A DNA stretch of 63,215 bases, counting the filler, from Perkinsus chesapeaki ATCC PRA-425 (taxonomy: Eukaryota; Protista; Perkinsozoa): the NCBI GenBank assembly GCA_013115145.1. It is 6 parts of 6 records of this genome, joined end to end, with 100 filler letters (N's around TTAATTAATTAA, not from the genome) between each part and the next. Parts side by side here need not be neighbours in the genome. Positions count along the whole stretch, not along the records: positions 28,413 to 57,072 come from JAAPAO010000468.1; 5 more parts are not named here. One strand, given 5' to 3'. The position numbers and the translations under genes were made by a program. Shown here one piece after another: positions 35,879 to 49,100 of this stretch. The notes below the pieces were generated by a model. That model did no database searches. It saw only the letters and a list, made by a program, of their open reading frames with translations, and was not told the DNA's origin. Each line of letters begins with the position of its first letter. Position 1 is the first letter of the stretch.

Positions 35879-37868
35879 ATGTACCTGAATATAACTGCAT
35901 TATTATTAAACATACTACTGTTGGCAGCGGGGGCGGCAAGTGGTACTACTTTATATGGTAGTAGTAGTAGTATTGAAGATGATAATGTAACATTGAATAA
36001 GTTGTCGCCTAGATGCTGCTGTATTAAATGTTGTATCTATTTTAGATAGTATGTGATAGGTTTAATAATGATGTATATGTACTTGTTAATGGTAAATCTG
36101 GTGGTAATAAAGCTGCTAAATTAATGGATATAGCTGAAGAAGGAGAAGCATATATACATGGTTACACTGAGGTGCTGGATTGTATTATACAACACCACCT
36201 TTATACATTATTATTATATAGGTTTATACAATAGATATATTCAAACTTAATAATAATGATACTGATTCGATGGCAATACTCAACAAGCTTAAGAATGGCA
36301 TTATTGGTTTAGATGATGATAGATGTGGTAGAGTTATCATTGCTGGTGGTGATGGTTCGGTGATGTGGGGAGTTGACCTGGTAATAAAACTAATAATAGG
36401 TTTATTACTACCTATCCTATTAGCTTATGAAGGCTGATGTTGATTTAAGCAAGATAGCTTTTGGTGTTATTCCTTATGGTACTGGTAATGACTTCTCTCA
36501 GTAATATATTAAACAACTATATCATTATCACTCCTAATCAGATCTCTTGGTTGGGGTAAAACTGTTAAGTCTGGTTTTCCTGGTAAAGATAACACAGGTC
36601 TTAATAAGTTTATTGAAGATTGGAATACAGCTGTTGTTAAAGGATATGATCTGTGGGATGTAGTATCATCATACATTATATCAATATACCCATACTCATA
36701 TTAGGTTAACTTTGAACTTTATGAAGATGGTAAATTTGTGGTAGCTGGGTCCAATAAGGAAATGATGGATGATAACTCAGTGAGTTATCTACTACTTATC
36801 ACTTGCTAACTTATATTAAGGATGGAAATCGGCAGGCTGTTACTACTATAAGTAAACCTATGCTTAATTATTTCTCACTTGGAGTGGATGCAGCTATCGG
36901 TAAGACCTTTGAAAACATGCGTACTGGATCGAGGATTGGCAACAAAATGATGTAACTAATAATAAACCATTTCCTTTCAAACTCGACTATTGCTCATATT
37001 TTCAAAGGTATGGCATGGCTGGAGCCAGGAGGGCCATCGGGTCTAGAATCGGGACTGAGCAGTTCTTAGAATCAGTGACAGTAATAATAATAAGTTGATT
37101 GTTCAGAGTAGTTGTCGTCGTATGATTATGGTAAATCAGGATAAAGATGAAGAGCTATTCCATGTGGGTGGTAGCAAAGATAATAAAGGTAAGAGGAAGG
37201 CAACAGAGAAGATGCTTACCAGTAAGAGGGTTATTACAATGCAACAACAACAACAGTCATATATTCTATATCCTTTTTAGAGAATGCTGCCGCGCTAATA
37301 TGCCTTAACGGTCTCTCTTATGGTGGTGGTCGTCGTATATGGGATAAATCTGCTGGAAAGAAGACAGCAATTGTTGGTTATGAAGTAATAATGATGAACA
37401 TTTACTATATTGTTAATGTCACTACCACTCCTAATTATATAACATAATTTAGGACGCCGATTCCCTTATGCGTGCTGAACAAGACTTTGGTGACCATAAA
37501 CTAGAGCTTATGATGTATCCTGATATATTATCATTATCCGTAGAAGTAAGTATATCATCAATACTCGATTATTATCTATAATTTAGATCGCGACGGGCCT
37601 TAAATCATCTGGTGTAAGAGTTCATCAAACTACTGGTCCATTAACCTTCACATTCAAAGCTGGACAAAAACCAATAAAGGCTCATTTCCAAATAGATGGT
37701 GAATTCATTACTGCACATCATCCTAAATCAGCTACTGTAACACATAAGATGACAATCAATGTACTCACTAGAACACCACCACCGCCACCATCATCATCAT
37801 CCAGAAAGAGGAAAGACAAACTGCAGAGGCGTGATGGTGTTAGAGCTAAGAAGTTAAAGGGACTGTAG
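35879..37868 (+). CDS. Diacylglycerol kinase-like, copy 4, with signal peptide
   Basis: MYLNITALLLNILLLAAGAASG, then VLVNGKSGG, IIAGGDGSV, IPYGTGNDFS, MLNYFSLGVDA, HFQIDGEF, and a basic C-terminal tail. Confidence 0.9.
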
Positions 37869-38174
37869 CTCATTGAGACAGCTACTCGAATTCATTCCAT
37901 TCAACCTCGTTAGAGCGCAGCTTAAATGATTGTTGGGAGGGGCTATGTTTAACAAAATTTATAAATTAATTATTAAATTATTAATTATCATGTATATTAA
38001 TAATACTTTATATGTTATATGATACTAATTATATGACACGTAACTTTATCAACAAAAACAACATGCATTTTGGTGTTCTGCATTTGGTGTCCTTCGTCAC
38101 TACTAAAGTTGCGTTACTACTACTAGCAGTATATAACATAATTTAGTACCGTAGTGCTGATTGTTATAATAATA

Positions 38175-39040
38175 ATGATGACTGATATTGCTATCAATCC
38201 TTATCCCCTCGTTCGAGTGCATAATGATATCCATCGTTATCAACATGTTGATGGTAATGCTGACGGCAGCAGCAGCAGCCTTCTAGTCTCTTCTGAAGAG
38301 GATGATGATGATGATTCGGACGAGTAGTCGGACTAACTACCCTTTAGGCCGCTAATTGTTGATTTTTTTCTCAGCGACAACACCTCACCTACTCGATTAA
38401 GCCGTACCATTTGTCGAGTATCATCCTTAACTATCATAGCTCTATCAACTATCCTCAATGCCAGTGTATCAATAATAATTATAAGTACTGCCCAGCGAGG
38501 TGCAGGACTATGGGGAGGTACACGGCCTTTCAACATATCCACCCCGTTTTCATCTTCCCATTTCAGGAACACTTTGCGCTTTTTCGGTACTAGTTTTTAT
38601 CATTTCGGTTGCACCGACGTGGTACAGCCTTTATGTCATCATCAACTCTTCCCACTCTTCTATATCGCCCAGATTGAGGAGGCTCTGGAAGATGGCACTG
38701 TTATTGTGTATTGGCATAACCGCTTTACAACTAGTAGCAGCTGTGGTATTGTATAATACCCGATTGATTATTGCACCACGTAAGTTGTTGTATTTTAGGT
38801 AGCAGTGAGTCGTAAATGGATGCCACGTTGGGCCGGTGCTACATCATTATTAGTAGCTATCATATCAACAGTGCAGGTAATGATTATGATGACGATGTTG
38901 TTATAATTATGTGTCACCATCCTCATTAACCAATGTTTTAGTTACGCAGTCTTATACGTCTGTTACACTCCAAACCATGGATGATAATAATAGAGCATGA
39001 TACACAATCATCAATGTCTCAGACTTTAAACCAAATATGA
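38175..39040 (+). CDS. Multi-pass membrane hypothetical protein
   Basis: GT-AG splicing joins an acidic N-terminus to several hydrophobic segments (VSSLTIIALSTILNASVSIIII, TLCAFSVLVFIISV, MALLLCIGITALQLVAAV, AGATSLLVAIISTV). Confidence 0.55.
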
Positions 39041-39159
39041 TGATAGTGCATTATTGTGATAAATTATTTTCCATTCTTACTATGTGTTGTTGGTGTCTAT
39101 ACGTAGTTATATAATACATACTGCTATGTAATTCTAAGGTCTGCTGTACTATCCCATTA

Positions 39160-40497
39160 ATGCCAATTATTCAACACTACCTTATTGCAAGTGTCGTGTC
39201 ATTTGCCTTATCCGCTCTGGCTAATGTGGTAGATGGTAGTCTTCGCATACCCCTTGAGTTAGCCTCTTCTTTACCTATTGATGGTAACGGTACAATTGGT
39301 ATTAATTCAACAACCTCTACTATTGTAACTAATACCACTTCGCTATCTTCTAGTAATGGCTTAGTATCATTACCTCTTTCTAACGTGTTCAATATGTATT
39401 ATTATGGTTCTGTGCTCATCGATGGTCAACTTATACGTGTAATGTTTGATACTGGAAGTGGTGTGGTTTGGGTCCCTAGTGTTGGCTCTAAAGGGGTTGA
39501 CTGTGAGAATCAACATCGATGCCTTATTACAAGCAGTAGTGATGATGGCCCACCGGATGTAATACGGCAAGTACCCTACTCTTACGGCAGTGGTAAAGTT
39601 TTACTTAATTTGACACATGCATCGGTATCGCTCAGTGGGTATGAGGATATGACCCTTAATAATTTCGTTCTTGGCGTTGAAGTAGAACTATCTGTTCATG
39701 GATATGATGTTGCCCAATATGATGGTATTTTTGGAATGGCTTGGCCTGCCTTAGCCAGTGGTGGGGACTTGTTTGTCCCAAAGCTTTATGAGCAGGGACT
39801 TATTGATAATAATTTATTTGGTATATATATATCTAGAACTGGATCTGAAATGTCATTAGGAGCGGTTGATGAAAGTAAGTATACTGGTCAATTACAATAC
39901 TTGAAGATATTATTGGAGGCTTGGTGGACTCTTGATCTGGAATCGCTAAAAGTTGGTGATGCAACTTCAAGTGGACGAGATGCTCTAGATGGTCGGCGGC
40001 TTGCTATAGTCGATACCGGAACTTCGCTCATTACTGGTAACGTCGATGATGTTATTGCCCTAATGCTGCTTATCATGGAAGAGAGCGGTGCTGAGATTCA
40101 GTACTCGCCAGAGCTCAACTTCTTTATCTTTGATTGTGAACATATCCTCAATCTACCAACGATAACATTTGTACTTCGTGGGGCAAATGGAGAGACCATT
40201 GCTCTTCCAATATATGGTTATGAGTACTCTATGATGTTTGTTGATGGTTGTATACTAACCATTCAACCTCATCTTCGAAGTGGATTTGGTCCACAATGGA
40301 TTCTAGGTGATCCATTTTTACGTGGATATTATACTGTGTATGATTACCAGAATTCTCGAGTAGGCTTTGCACCCGTTAATGGACGGCTGGTTCCACACTT
40401 GGCTACAGCCGATGATGCCATTCCAATGAGTGTTCCAACAACATTTACGAGTTTACTAGTGGCCTTTATTAGCTTGCTAATTATTAACTCATACTGA
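39160..40497 (+). CDS. Pepsin-family (A1) aspartic protease, signal peptide, probable GPI/C-terminal anchor; intronless
   Basis: 445-aa ORF with MFDTGSGVVWV, YDGIFGMAW, AIVDTGTSLI, WILGDPFLRGYYTVYD and a hydrophobic C-terminus. Confidence 0.95.
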   Translation: MPIIQHYLIASVVSFALSALANVVDGSLRIPLELASSLPIDGNGTIGINSTTSTIVTNTTSLSSSNGLVSLPLSNVFNMYYYGSVLIDGQLIRVMFDTGSGVVWVPSVGSKGVDCENQHRCLITSSSDDGPPDVIRQVPYSYGSGKVLLNLTHASVSLSGYEDMTLNNFVLGVEVELSVHGYDVAQYDGIFGMAWPALASGGDLFVPKLYEQGLIDNNLFGIYISRTGSEMSLGAVDESKYTGQLQYLKILLEAWWTLDLESLKVGDATSSGRDALDGRRLAIVDTGTSLITGNVDDVIALMLLIMEESGAEIQYSPELNFFIFDCEHILNLPTITFVLRGANGETIALPIYGYEYSMMFVDGCILTIQPHLRSGFGPQWILGDPFLRGYYTVYDYQNSRVGFAPVNGRLVPHLATADDAIPMSVPTTFTSLLVAFISLLIINSY

Positions 40498-40622
40498 ATG
40501 TAATATAATTACAGTTTCTTTTGGCTACAGCTGTTTATTTGTGTTACGTAGTTTGAGTCAATGTTTAGTATTCTAACACTTGAACAAGAACAAAACAATA
40601 ACATGTTATAAGGCAAACGACG

Positions 40623-42404
40623 TTAATCCTCAAGTGTATCCTTGAGTTCACTCGTTTTCATACGCCTTGCTCGTTGATTCTTAAGTCGAGCCTCAAGAGT
40701 CAAATCATCACTGAAGTGCATACGTTTAGCCATATCCGAGGCATACTAAAACTATGGAATGAATTTCAATTTCCTACCTTAAGCCTTACCTTATTGTGGC
40801 CTTTAGCCTTCTCCTCGGCCGCAGCTACTTGTTTCTCCAATTCTTCTTCTCGGCTTACTTGCTTCTCAAACTCAGACCACCGTTCCCTACAAAGCCGTAT
40901 TCAATGGCAATAACGTCGATTATTATTTAACTTACTTCCCAGCTTGTAGCATTTCCTCAGCTGACATACCACCACTCTTGGAGCTGCTGCTTTCACTCTT
41001 ACCATTATCGTTCCTTTGTTTCCTCAATGCAGCTTCATGTCGTAGACGAGCTTGTCTGATATGCAAGAATAACATCATCAATATAATGACAGGAAATGGG
41101 AAGGTGCGGGTATTTAAGAAGTATCTCTTGTGGGGGGAATAGAGTTCAACTTACTCTTCCTTCTCAAGCTGCATCTTACGTCTATCACTCATCTCACCAA
41201 GACCAAGGGATTTACGAAGGTCTTCATCATTCGCCTCGGACTTCATCATCACGGGACGACGGGACCTGTAAGAAATATGATTATAACATTCAGGACCATG
41301 CCAGCTCACTCTTCTCGAGGGCGCCTATAATCCTGCAGTCCCCGTCTATCATCTTTATTGTACTGTGGCCTCTGCTGTGACCCTCGACGTGGTGATTCCC
41401 TCCTATATCTCAACAACAATAACTGCCATATATTCCTCACTAGCGTGTCTTACTCTGGCTTGTGATACGATGAACTTCGCTGTCGTCGGTCAATGGACCC
41501 ATGCCTCCGCCTATCTCTACTTCGCGATCGACTTCTATCATCTCGATGGCTGCTTCTATGATGATGGTGATGCCCTCTAACAGTAGGGCTAACCATTTAT
41601 TGGATATTGTTACATACCTTCGACTTGCTGCCTCTCGTCGCCTCTCATCTGTATCAGATCTAGACTCGGACTTTGTTCGATGTGCTTCCCGTTTAAGCTT
41701 TTTCTTCTCTTTCCTTTTCTCTTCCTTAGCATGCTCTTTCTTCATCTATATCAATTCCTATAATACTTCACTTACTCTACACGTTACCTTCTTCTTCATT
41801 GCTTTCAACTCCTCCATTTGTCGTAATCTCATTTGTACAAGAGGATTATTCATCTGTTGTTCCATTGCTTCCATCTCTTTCTTTTTTATTTGGAAAAGTG
41901 GATCCTAACAGTCCATAATAGTTATGATGCCCCCAGCCAGCAGCAGGAGCATGCTACCTCATTAAGCCGTCGCATAGTATCCGAGTTAGGGTGTGTTACA
42001 TCATTTAAAAAGATAGATCCTAATGTAGGAGTGAATATGTATAATGATTATATAATATATATGGAATACACACCACTAACTTCACCAGCTTGCATCTTTT
42101 TAACATCATCATTCTGTCCACCAGATGTATCCACTGCTTCATTCATCAACTCCAAATCCGTCTTAGTCTAATATATAGTATCAATAATATAGATGATGTG
42201 GGGGCTTAAATCTAATTATTATTATTATTACCACACCAACACCTGGATCATACATCCATTCCAATCTCCTAGTTGGAGGAGCAGCAGCAGCTCCCTCCTG
42301 AGCAGCAGCCTAAACACAGTTATATACTTCTTCTTCTTCATTCTTGATTTATTAGATATTACTGTAGCCTCGGCAGATACTTGGGCTAGTTTAGATGATG
42401 ACAT
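40623..42404 (-). CDS. CWC25: Pre-mRNA splicing factor CWC25-like
   Basis: RRLEWMYDP, DPLFQIKKKEMEAMEQQMNNPL, Lys- and RS-rich middle, C-terminal LEARLKNQRARR. These match CWC25 motifs (LDWMY, EDPLF..NNP, LEDR). Confidence 0.72.
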
Positions 42405-43142
42405 TATATCACTTATAACAGCGGCGGTGGCGGCCCCTCTAATATATATCCAACTAAAACAGTGCATAACGTTCGAGCCGCGAGGTATGTCTATTGGTTC
42501 AAGGGGTAAACTCTGACGTATCTAAAAAAGAAGACCAATCCGACAAACTAGCTGGGAGTTTGTCTGGCCCGCGCGCTATAGCGTAATCGATCGAGGGGGG
42601 CGCGCGGGATGAGCAAGCGCGTAGCGCGCCTCGAAACCTCTACGGCTCGACCTACCACATTTTAACGCGCCAATCGCTAACGCGATTACCTTGCTTAAAT
42701 CTTGTATTAACACAATATTGATATTAATTGGTAAGTGAAAAATACATTACTCACTCAATTATTATTATTGTTGGTGATTGGTAAGAGGAATATTTATAGT
42801 TGGTTATAGGGGCAAATATAACATATACTAGGGTGATGATGACGGTGGTGGTAGTGGATGGTACTATCATTAACCTAGTATTCCTCATATAGGTTGATAA
42901 GAGTAATGTTATTAATAACGACAACAACAGTGTACATAGCCATTATTAGTATATCATATAGCAACAACAGAGCTACAGCAGTAGTAGTAGTAGTAGTCGG
43001 GTTATCTATACATCATGCCTTAAGATTTAGACCTGAATGAATAAATGAATAATATAAAAGCAGTGAATATAAGTAGTAATAATAATATCACTTACTACTA
43101 CAAGGAAGAGTGTAATGATAAAATATAATAGTGAATATATTA

Positions 43143-46100
43143 TCATGAATGACATCTCTTACTGAAATAGTTATAAGGGTTTATCATCTTTACCATAGGG
43201 AAGGCATTATGAATATGGTGTATAGAGTATAATAACAATACCATAAGAATAATAAGACTCACTTAGTAGAACTCCTAAGTAGTTTTGAAAACTTCTTTTT
43301 CCCTTCATGAACCCTCCCTTTCTTATTTGTAGATGGCGCCACACCTGTTGCTGCTGCAGCTGGGTTAGCTGGTCCAGCGTTTGGTACTAATAATAACAAC
43401 AACACATGAGATGATGCATTTATATACGTATATAGCAGTATACTACCTGTCTTAGGCCCTGCTGCTGACTCATAGGCTGCTCCACCTCCTCTAGCATCTT
43501 TATTAGGAGCAATCTCAGATTCACCTGAGTGGATGGATAAAAGGGTAAGGGTTAAGGATTATCTTACCAGGTTCACGAAGTGTTTTAATTGCAAGCTTAT
43601 CAAAGTCTTGCATAGCTTCACTTCCAGTAACAATAACAGGTAAGCTTTGGGCCTCTTTAACTATTCTATGTGCATCAGATTCATCATCATATGCATCCAA
43701 ACCAACAAACCTAATAATAACACCAATAGTAATACTCATAATGCTGTTGATAATGACTATGGTACTCAGCTAGATTTGGTAAAGTATCAGCATCATTAGT
43801 TAGAGTAGAATGCATTGCCTGGGAATCGAACTTACGACCTCTCTTGGCCAAATCCAATACAGTATACCTAAATAGTATATGCTGAAATAGTGGTAGCAGT
43901 GATACGTACGTCCATGCATAAACAAAGTTCTGTAGGAATTCCTCCCTTACTAATATATCCCAATCACATAACTCAGGTACCTAACAAGAATGATGATAGA
44001 TAGCAGCAACCCCAAGAACCCCATATCTGCCTGTATCCCTCTTACTCTAGCTAAGAATGATGCTATACCTTCCTGACTAGTAACACCATCAATAACACCA
44101 GCAAGATTAACAGGTACTAAAATCATAATATATAACCACTTGTTCTTGTTGTTATGTGGTTATCATTACCTCCATTCTCAGTCATGGTACAATATAATCT
44201 ACGGAATATATCTTCATTAAGATCAACATATACCATTCTAGCAGCCATAACACATGATATGTTATGACCCACCTTTTCAAGATATGCCATTGTCTCATTA
44301 ACAACCTATTAAGGATTATTATTATAATTTGGGTATATTAACAAATAGGTGATAACAATTACCTCATCAGATTTGTCATGCATATCTTTATTATCCCGTT
44401 CACATGCCTTCAACTTTATATCATATTCATTAGTACCTAATGATAATAATACGACCACCACAATAATCTAATATTATTATACTGTATTATTATTATAATA
44501 ATTCAACTTACTATATTTATTCTGTGTCTTCAATACCTTCCTTATACGTTTTTCCTCATCAACAATCGAAGCATGTATTGTACCACGCATAGCAGTAAGC
44601 TCATCATGGGACTTGGCAATATCTTGTAAACGAACCTATAGTACTTTATACACTCACTCAATCATTATCAATCTACACTTTACCATTTGAGCTGGTAGTT
44701 GGAAATCAGGGTCTTCAAGGAATTGTTTAACTACAGGTGTATCAATGAGAACCTGATAATAAGGACGGTTGGTAGGAAGAATAAGAATAGCAGTGATAGA
44801 TGATTAGTTAAAATAACAATATGTGATATTCTTACAAAATCAGTGCATAAGTTGAAATCCAAATCAGATGATGATGATCCAGGTGGGCCTGCCATTTCAG
44901 CTTCTGATGATGATGCCATCGATCCCTAAATAAATAATAACGATTCTTTAGTCGTTTTATTTGTATATAATACTATTACTTGATCATCATCAGTATCAGA
45001 GTAATCCTGTGACATACCTCTAGGTACCTGTAATTGTGCTGCTGTTGCAGCACTACGTGCTGCAGCTGTATCATTATACCTATGAGATAATAATATACCA
45101 TGTTAATGTTAATTATTACATTCTAGGGATATTCTTTTTACTCCCTCTCTTCCAAAACTTATCCTTCCTTGCTTGCTTCTCCAGACTCTTAACCAATGCT
45201 TGCTTAAAAGCAGGTGGTAGCTCCCTTTCATCTTTTCTTGTTCGTACCTTTATGCTTTGCATACAGTATATTGTAGATATGTTATATTATTACAATCCTA
45301 TTAAATGCTCTACTAGCCTTAATACTTATAGGGAATACTAAACCAACCTCATCACCAGCTGGAGATGATCCACAACAATCAGCATACTTTACTATACATC
45401 GTTCCAAGTAATTATTAAATATAGGTATAGTAACCCCAGTTGATATAGGTACTGTATTAGCTGCTGTAGTTAAGGATTCATTCATAAATGACCATAGATC
45501 AACACATTTAGATGAATGTAAAACCTATATTATAACAATAATACCTATCACTACTACTACTACTACTTTCCTTACAGCTGGTGGTCTAGTTGGTGTCCAT
45601 CTAGATCCATCTTGTGATGTTGCTATACATGTCTTACTAACTACATCATCTTCGAAGGCTTCTAATCTAGCATTCAATGCTGCTGTTAACTTAGGTACCA
45701 TTAAACTCTATATTAATGATAGTAACATATATTTACGACTAAGCATTATATTACCAATAAACTAGTATCAGGTGTATCAACAGCAAACTTAACATATCTG
45801 CCCCACACTACTGTAGCTGTTAAAAAGTCACTACCACCTTCAGGTATCTGTATAATTATATTTAATAGTAATGATGATGTTATCCTTATTATTACCCATT
45901 CAGTTGGCCATAAGAATTCATCCTTAGCTATAGTCTCATAAAGTGGCCTCAATTGCTCATTAAGAGCCCATGACCATATATTATGATCAGTAGGTGCATC
46001 AATATTACCAAAGTTAGTAACACTTTTTAACTAAGGAACAGCAGCAGATAAAATCATTATTAATATTGTATATTACTACTACTACCTCCTTAGCTGTTTG

Positions 46101-49100
46101 TAATTCAAAGCATGCTCTCCATACATATTGTGTAGCTTCCTCTAACCAATCTACCCTAGCTTCAGGTGATGAATGGGCTCGAGCTAACTGTACAGAATCT
46201 AGTAATGTAGTTGATAAGGGTATGGCCCTCTCCTATATGACAATCAATAATAACAACTATATAATGGTATTGCTTCTTATCATTACTGCTGTTGATGCTG
46301 CTGTTTCAGCTTCAAAATGTCTAGGCATAACAAATGTTAAGAAATGATCCGCTTCCTCATCAGTTGGTCTACTACTATCTGGTGTTTGTGAATTCATTAA
46401 TATCTATTAAAGTTGTTCTTGTATATAGTACTACTACTAACCCTATTTGTTATTATTACTGCTAACTCCTTCCATGCATTTAATACTGCATTAGGACTCT
46501 TCTCTTGTTCCTGTAATTGACCACGATAATCACAAAGTGCACTAACAGTAGCATCACGGAATGGGGCTGTCTGAACTCTCATACAACATCTAAAATAACA
46601 AAAGCTTGCTGCTGTTGTTGCTGTTGTTGCTGCTGCTGCTGTTGCTATGTCATCACTCACTCATCGTATTGTTCCTCTAATATATGCCTATTATCCCTTT
46701 CTTCATCAGCACCCCTTCTAAAGGATTTAAATAGCTCTGTTGAAGCTTGCTCAACAAAGCCAGGAGTTATAACCTTAATATAACTGTTAATAGTACTACT
46801 AGTGTAGTATTACCTCTTCAATAGTAGCTGCTGCAGGCCCTGGCCATTGCTCTTTACATTTATCCAACCATGTTGATTGAGCTAGATGGACTCCATGATA
46901 TCTAATATTACAAACAACAATAACAATACTAATAATGTATATAAATGCTAATAGTACTCATATGCTCCTCTAGTAAGGACATTATAAAGTACTGAGGCTA
47001 GATCATTAACCTGTGGATGGAGCTGGCCTGATTGTATAATGATAATAATTATGATATGGTATCATTAATAGTATTTATTATTATTACCCTCTCCTTTAAC
47101 ATCAACACCAGCCTTCCATAATCTAGGTAGTAATGGGTGTAAGCTAGCTGATGGATAGTGTAGAGTCTAATAATATATCATGGTATGGAATTGTTTGATA
47201 ATATATTACAGAATCAGACACCTTAATAGCTTGACCATCTGAATCACTAATTGGTTGCATAACATCTACATATAAAATAATATCATCCTTATTATTATAT
47301 TATTATTATTTACATTACCATTTAATGCATGTAACATTTGTTTCCATGATTCTGGTTGACTTGGATGGAAGTTTATCATAGCATTCTTAACTATCTCTAA
47401 GATTAGCAAAGCCAGAGTAAGCATATCCTACAGTATATATGCTATTATTATTACCAGGTACACCGCCCATTATCTTTTGTATACAATATACTACCCATCT
47501 TACCATTGAACATTGCCTAATGAAACCATTAAAAATAATAATTACCAATACCTACCAACTATTAGACAACTATTATTACCTAACAACCCATTGTGAATAT
47601 ATCTTCTGACTAATAGCTACTCTAGATTCATTTATATCAAATGCTAATAAACGATACAGTCGGAAGCGTACATCCAATGGAGGGCCTAATAACAATAAGG
47701 ATGATAGCAACACATAGCATTACAGCATTACTACAATGACATGGTTATTATTATTACATAGCTTATGTCCATTTAAATCAGGTAATAACATCTCAACTAT
47801 TTGTTGATGTAATGTTGCTGATATACGTAAACGTACACGACACATTTGTATACTCTCTCTAATAGGCCGAATAGTGTATTTTAATACTGCTACATTACTA
47901 TTACCGTAAAGCATCTTTCTCATCCTTAGTCATCTTAAATGTATTACCATCATCATCAGTAGCTTTGAAGTAAGCCAATAATAGCATCTCGTACGCTACT
48001 AAATCCCTAACATACATTATTAATAATGTATATAACCTATTATTATTTACCATTGCCGATCCTCCATTTTAAACCATGTAAGATCCCTAGATGGTGTCTC
48101 CCCATCTGCTAATACTGGTAATGGTAATACCTTTAATACCGTTAATAAGTAGTACTCTAGTTTATTATTACATGTAACCTTTGATGCTTTTCAGCAACAG
48201 CAACTTTAAAATGATGCATCTCATGTACTAGGAATGATTGTTCATCATTCTTAGGTAATGGTAAGGGGAAGGTATAACAAAGTAAATGATCCTAATAATA
48301 ATATGATGATATTATTATTAGTATTCGGTATAAGTCATTACATCATAACCCTCATCAGGTGATGTACCTTCATTAGTCTCTAATTCATCTGATGGATTTA
48401 ACTTAGCATGCATAATACCAAGTGTATCTATTCAATAGTCCTCCTCCTGCCACTCCTTATAACAGCCCAATAACCCCCTATTACCTCTCTGACGTAGCTC
48501 ATCAAGTTGCTTCCTAACATCAGCCAATTCATCATTTAATAATACTATCCTTTCCTCCTTTAATGTTAACATATCTATTAATTATAATTATATAATATTC
48601 CATAATTATAGAATCTATTATACCTTTCTCAGTATGTTTATATGCCTCTGCCGACTTCAATGCCGATGACTGTTCTAACTTAGCACGATCCTCTATAACA
48701 AAATCAATAGATATCTTCATGATAGTAACTCCATATATATTAATACCTATACTAAGCTCCTCTTCCATTTGCTCTGCTAAGAATATCCTTTGTTCCAGGT
48801 TAGCATCCAATGGAGCCACTCTAATATGTACCTGTAACCGCCGTCGCCGCTCCCGCCATCCCTCGTAGTAGAGTGCAGAGGTATATCTCCTATTACATCA
48901 CTAAATGTTATTGATCTTCTAATATTCTCAGCTAATTCAGACATTATAGCTAATAGTTGTTTAGCTGTATCAACTAATGTAAAGAACTTTGATAGTTCAC
49001 ATTTATCAATAAGTGCCAATAATGATCCCCTACAACAACATTAACAAGTATAATCATTGTCAAAGATACACTTACTGTTTTTTGGCTCTAATCTTTATTA

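Noticed and set aside
38333-38572. Minus-strand ORF MFLKWEDENG…
   Set aside because: Antisense to a plus-strand multi-TM gene that splices consistently.
39100-39160. Spliced-leader remnant before the intronless protease
   Set aside because: No CCGTAGCCAT…GGCTCAAG-like sequence was seen here or elsewhere in the window.
43815-43845. B-box-like GGTCGTAAGTTCGATTCCCAGG on the minus strand
   Set aside because: Falls in a coding exon (GRKFDSQ) that aligns with the MUN family, so it is coincidental.
46517-46783. Poly-Cys ORF
   Set aside because: Produced by an intronic (TGC/TGT)n microsatellite on the non-coding strand.
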